DNA of 64,000 nt, from contig OZ243927.1 in assembly GCA_965213925.1 (NCBI GenBank), forward strand, positions 1,760,001 to 1,824,000, given 5' to 3'. Positions 60,833 through 64,000 of the stretch are shown piece after piece. This stretch comes from Trueperaceae bacterium. GTDB lineage: Bacteria; Deinococcota; Deinococci; Deinococcales; Trueperaceae. A program made the position numbers and the translations under genes. Each line of letters opens with the position of its first letter. Position 1 is the stretch's first letter. The notes beneath the pieces were generated by a model. The model worked only from the letters and a program-made list of their open reading frames with translations. It ran no database searches and had not been told where the DNA came from.

Positions 60833-62251
60833 TTACTTTATAAGCGCACCAAGACGCACCTTCGCCGCTTGGTAGCTCTTCTTCGCGTCCACAATAGGTG
60901 ACGGATAGTCCCGCCCAATAACGCAGCCCAGCATCTCTTGTAAGAGGGGGGGCGTTTTATGCGGCTCGGCGAGGTAAGGCGTCGGTAACGCGCGGAGTTC
61001 GGGGACGTAGCGGCGGATAAACGCGCCCGTCGGGTCGCGCTCTTGGGCTTGCTTGACGGGATTATAGATGCGTAAAGTGCCGCGTCCCGTCGTCCCGGCT
61101 TGCATCTGATGTTGCGACCAGTGGATGCCCGGCTCCATGTCCAAAAAGTGCTTCGCTGTAAAAATCCCGACCTCGCGCCAGTGGAGTCCTAAGTGATGCG
61201 TCGCGAAGGAGACGAGCATCGCCCGCATCCGAAAGTTGATCCAGCCGCCCCTATGCAACGCCCGCATACAAGCGTCTACGAGCGGATAGCCCGTCCTCCC
61301 GGCGCACCAAGCGTCGAAGAGGTCTGGGTTATGCGTGTTGTCCAAGAGGTCGAACCTGGGGTCTATGTTGTCGAACTCGAGCCCCGGATTCGACTCCAAC
61401 TTCTGGATAAAGTGGCAGCGCCACCGCAGGCGCGACTGGAAAGAGGTCAAAGAACGCAGCCAGCGCCAGTCGGCGTCAGCGCCCTCGAGCTTCAAGACTT
61501 CCAGCGCGTCCAACTGCTTTGTAGCTGTCTGATAGACCTCTCGCGTGGACAGGTTGCCGAACGACAGATACGGTCCCAACTGACTGCACGCGCGCTGCGC
61601 TCTCTCCGGGCTCGACATTTCGCGGTAGTAGCTGCGCCCCCTATAGGCGAGAAAGGTGCGGAGTTCGCCTCTCGCCTGCGTTTCGCCGCCTAGCCGCGCT
61701 TCGTTTTTCGTACTCGGCGGTAAGCCTAAATCTACCGGCGTGCGAATCGCTTCGGCGGGAACCTCTTTCACTGCGCTGATATGTAAAGGCGTCGGCGCAA
61801 GCCGTTCTCTCATCTGCCGCCGCCACGTGTCGCCCCAGCCGCGCCTATCTTTAAGCCCTCTCGTGATGCCAGGTTGCGGCGTCTCTGCCCAGCGCACGCC
61901 CCGCGCTTTTGTCCACGCCTTGACCCGCTTGTCGCGGCGGTACGTCAGCGCGTTGCCCGTCTCCTCGTGACTCCAGAGGGTGAAGGGACCGAGCTGCGCG
62001 TGGAGCGTCTCTAAAACTTGCGTCACCTCGCCGACGCGGTAGGTCAACCTGCCGCCAACGTCGCTGAGCTTCGTGTCTAAGTCTAAGAGCGACTGGTTGA
62101 TAAATTCCAGGTGTGAAGCGTCGACCTCTTCGTTGTAGAGTTCGGGTTCGTAAACGTAGAGACACAAGGTAGGTCCACGCCGCGCCGCCTCGAAAAGAGG
62201 CGCGTGGTCGCTCAGACGCAAATCTCGCTTGAACCAGACGACGTGAAGCAC
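60833..62251 (-). CDS. DNA photolyase/cryptochrome family flavoprotein
   Basis: VWFKRDLR..DH, S.LGPYL.FG, G.TGYP.VDA.MR, GWINFRMR, RIYNP..Q. Confidence 0.94.
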   Translation of the reverse strand: MLHVVWFKRDLRLSDHAPLFEAARRGPTLCLYVYEPELYNEEVDASHLEFINQSLLDLDTKLSDVGGRLTYRVGEVTQVLETLHAQLGPFTLWSHEETGNALTYRRDKRVKAWTKARGVRWAETPQPGITRGLKDRRGWGDTWRRQMRERLAPTPLHISAVKEVPAEAIRTPVDLGLPPSTKNEARLGGETQARGELRTFLAYRGRSYYREMSSPERAQRACSQLGPYLSFGNLSTREVYQTATKQLDALEVLKLEGADADWRWLRSLTSFQSRLRWRCHFIQKLESNPGLEFDNIDPRFDLLDNTHNPDLFDAWCAGRTGYPLVDACMRALHRGGWINFRMRAMLVSFATHHLGLHWREVGIFTAKHFLDMEPGIHWSQHQMQAGTTGRGTLRIYNPVKQAQERDPTGAFIRRYVPELRALPTPYLAEPHKTPPLLQEMLGCVIGRDYPSPIVDAKKSYQAAKVRLGALIK

Positions 62252-62257
62252 GATACT

Positions 62258-62280
62258 AGAATACCTTAAATTTTAAGTAT
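62258..62280 (-). promoter_or_regulatory. leaderless -10 box (TATTCT) overlapped by an operator-like site
   Basis: TACCTTA-AATTT-TAAGTAT at 62262-62280; -10 is 6 nt from the GTG start. Confidence 0.55.
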
Positions 62281-62327
62281 TGTGGGTAAGAGGTGGTGCA
62301 CACGTCGGAATTCGAACGGCGTTCGCT

Positions 62328-63260
62328 CTAGCTTTGCGGGGCTAGAAACATCTCGATGGTTTCCCTGTTCGTTTCGATCAAGGCGCGCTGTTCGGGCCAA
62401 AACATCGGCGGGAGGACGTCTAAGTCGTGCCACTCGAGGCTGTACGCATGTCCTTCGTCACTTGGTACTCCCTCGACTTGCTCCGTGGAAAAGAGAAAAT
62501 AATGCGTCACCGTCCAGCGCTTCTTGTTGTACGTCAGCCGCTCGCGAACGCCGAGCTTGATGACCATGTGGAGGTCATTGATACCAGCTTCTTCCGCGAT
62601 CTCGCGCCTAGCCGCCTCCAGCAAATCCTCGCCCGCTTCCACCCCGCCCTTCGGCAAAATAACGCGGCCTAGCCCCGCCTCGCGCACGAGCGCGACCTTT
62701 AAGCGCTCCCCTTCGGCGCGGACCACCACGCCGCCCGCTGCGACGCGCTTGTACACACCCTCAGGACGCTCGTACCAACTCGCGTCGATTTCTGCATCTT
62801 GCGGTACGCTTTCGGGCTCATCGGAGAGAACCATCAGCACGTCGCTTGCCGGGTCAGCGACCTCGAAGCCGAAGCGGGCGTAGAAGGGTTCTAACCCACC
62901 CGTCGCGACGAGCGTCACATCCAAAGACCGACCTCTTGCGAAGTCTAAAAGCCGCGCCATCACGCCCGACGCGACGCCCTTTTTCCAACTGTCGGGGCGC
63001 GTCATCACGTCCAAAATCTGCGCGGTGTAGGGGTCGGCGAGGACGCGCCCGAAGCCGACGAGCTGCTCGCCTGACCAAGCGGCGACGTAGAGGGAAGAGG
63101 TCTGCAGCGTCGCCCTCGTTTTCGCTTCGGTGCGCTCGCTCCCGGCGTTCCACTCCACGGCGGCATAGAGGTCGTTCAAGAGGTCGGGGGTCAACCGCTC
63201 GTCGTTCACCACGAAGCGCACGTCCCTCTCCACCCTCTTTCCCGTTTGTCGCTGCGGCAA
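62328..63260 (-). CDS. GNAT acetyltransferase-NUDIX hydrolase fusion
   Basis: N-terminal LVGFGR..DV..P..KKGVA..FY.RFGF; C-terminal Nudix box GGVEAGEDLLEAARREIAEEAG. Confidence 0.85.
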   Translation of the reverse strand: MPQRQTGKRVERDVRFVVNDERLTPDLLNDLYAAVEWNAGSERTEAKTRATLQTSSLYVAAWSGEQLVGFGRVLADPYTAQILDVMTRPDSWKKGVASGVMARLLDFARGRSLDVTLVATGGLEPFYARFGFEVADPASDVLMVLSDEPESVPQDAEIDASWYERPEGVYKRVAAGGVVVRAEGERLKVALVREAGLGRVILPKGGVEAGEDLLEAARREIAEEAGINDLHMVIKLGVRERLTYNKKRWTVTHYFLFSTEQVEGVPSDEGHAYSLEWHDLDVLPPMFWPEQRALIETNRETIEMFLAPQS

Positions 63261-63261
63261 C

Positions 63262-64000
63262 TTAAAAAGCCGCCCGCACCACGCCGCCGTCCACGCGCAA
63301 AGCTGCGCCGTTCGTCGCGGACGAGAGCGGGCTGCAGACGTACGCGACTAGGTTCGCGACCTCTTCGATCTCGATAAAGCGCTTTAAGAGCGAGGTCGGG
63401 CGCTCCGTTTCGAAAAACTGCTTTTCCATCTCGTCCCAGCTGATGCCCTGACTCTCCGCCATGCCGCTGATGAATTCCTCGATGCCTTCCGAGCGCGTCG
63501 GACCGGGCAGCACCGAGTTGACGGTTACGCCTGTTTCGACGGTGGTTTCCGCCAGACCTCTCGCCACCGCGATTTGCGCCGTTTTGGTCACGCCGTAGTG
63601 GATCATCTCTTCGGGGATGTGAATCCCGGACTCGGACGAGACGAACACGATGCGTCCCCAGCCGCGCGCTTTCATCTTGGGCAGATAGAAGCGCGAGAGC
63701 CGCACGCCGGAGAGCACGTTGAGCTTATAGAAGTCCAACCATTCGTCATCCGAGATGTCGGCGAAGGGTTTAGGGTCGAACATGCCGACGTTGTTGACTA
63801 GGATATCGACGTCAGGGTGCGCCTCGGTGACGCTCTGTACGCCCTCCGCGGACGAGAGGTCGGCGGCTACGCCCATGACCTCGCCTAGGTTGCCCTCCGG
63901 CGCGCCCTGCTTAATCTTCTCGGTCGCTTCGTCCACACGCTCCTGCGTGCGCCCGTTGACGACGACCGACGCGCCTTCTTTCGCGAGCGCGTCGGCGACG
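63262..64000 (-). CDS. SDR-family oxidoreductase, 5' end beyond the window
   Basis: VNGR, DILVNNVG, YGVTK, VDGG; frame open to the edge. Confidence 0.93.
   Translation of the reverse strand, partial: VADALAKEGASVVVNGRTQERVDEATEKIKQGAPEGNLGEVMGVAADLSSAEGVQSVTEAHPDVDILVNNVGMFDPKPFADISDDEWLDFYKLNVLSGVRLSRFYLPKMKARGWGRIVFVSSESGIHIPEEMIHYGVTKTAQIAVARGLAETTVETGVTVNSVLPGPTRSEGIEEFISGMAESQGISWDEMEKQFFETERPTSLLKRFIEIEEVANLVAYVCSPLSSATNGAALRVDGGVVRAAF

Overview
GC-rich bacterial chromosomal window. Gene content and many leaderless genes (a -10 box 5-7 nt before the start codon) suggest Deinococcota, possibly a Truepera-like lineage; this is inference. Most of it is housekeeping and accessory metabolism: M32, M16 and S8 peptidases, rpiA, acpS, sufU, trpS, pyrE, folC, rph-rdgB, a glucose-type ABC transporter and a frameshifted galM. 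Three things stand out. (1) A DNA-damage neighbourhood at about 50.3-62.3 kb. A LexA-like repressor has a perfect palindrome TACCTTA-N5-TAAGGTA at its own promoter. Related sites sit at the promoters of a four-gene Rad52/DdrA-like operon, a tandem pair of spore photoproduct lyase homologues and a photolyase. The operon leader carries a probable cis-antisense RNA, an RBS-occluding hairpin and a uORF, and three of its four proteins end in Ala-Ala. (2) An apparently replaced haem pathway: a hemA-C-D-B-TCS-hemE-vapBC-hemF cluster, a ferrochelatase strikingly like the animal/fungal [2Fe-2S] enzyme, and a separate intact HemC paralogue lacking its catalytic residues. (3) Non-autonomous repeats: a TA-flanked REP-based MITE family (7 copies in the first 12.3 kb), GAGCAAT heptamer-based palindromes and strong CTCGAG over-representation. 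No rRNA, tRNA or CRISPR array was seen.
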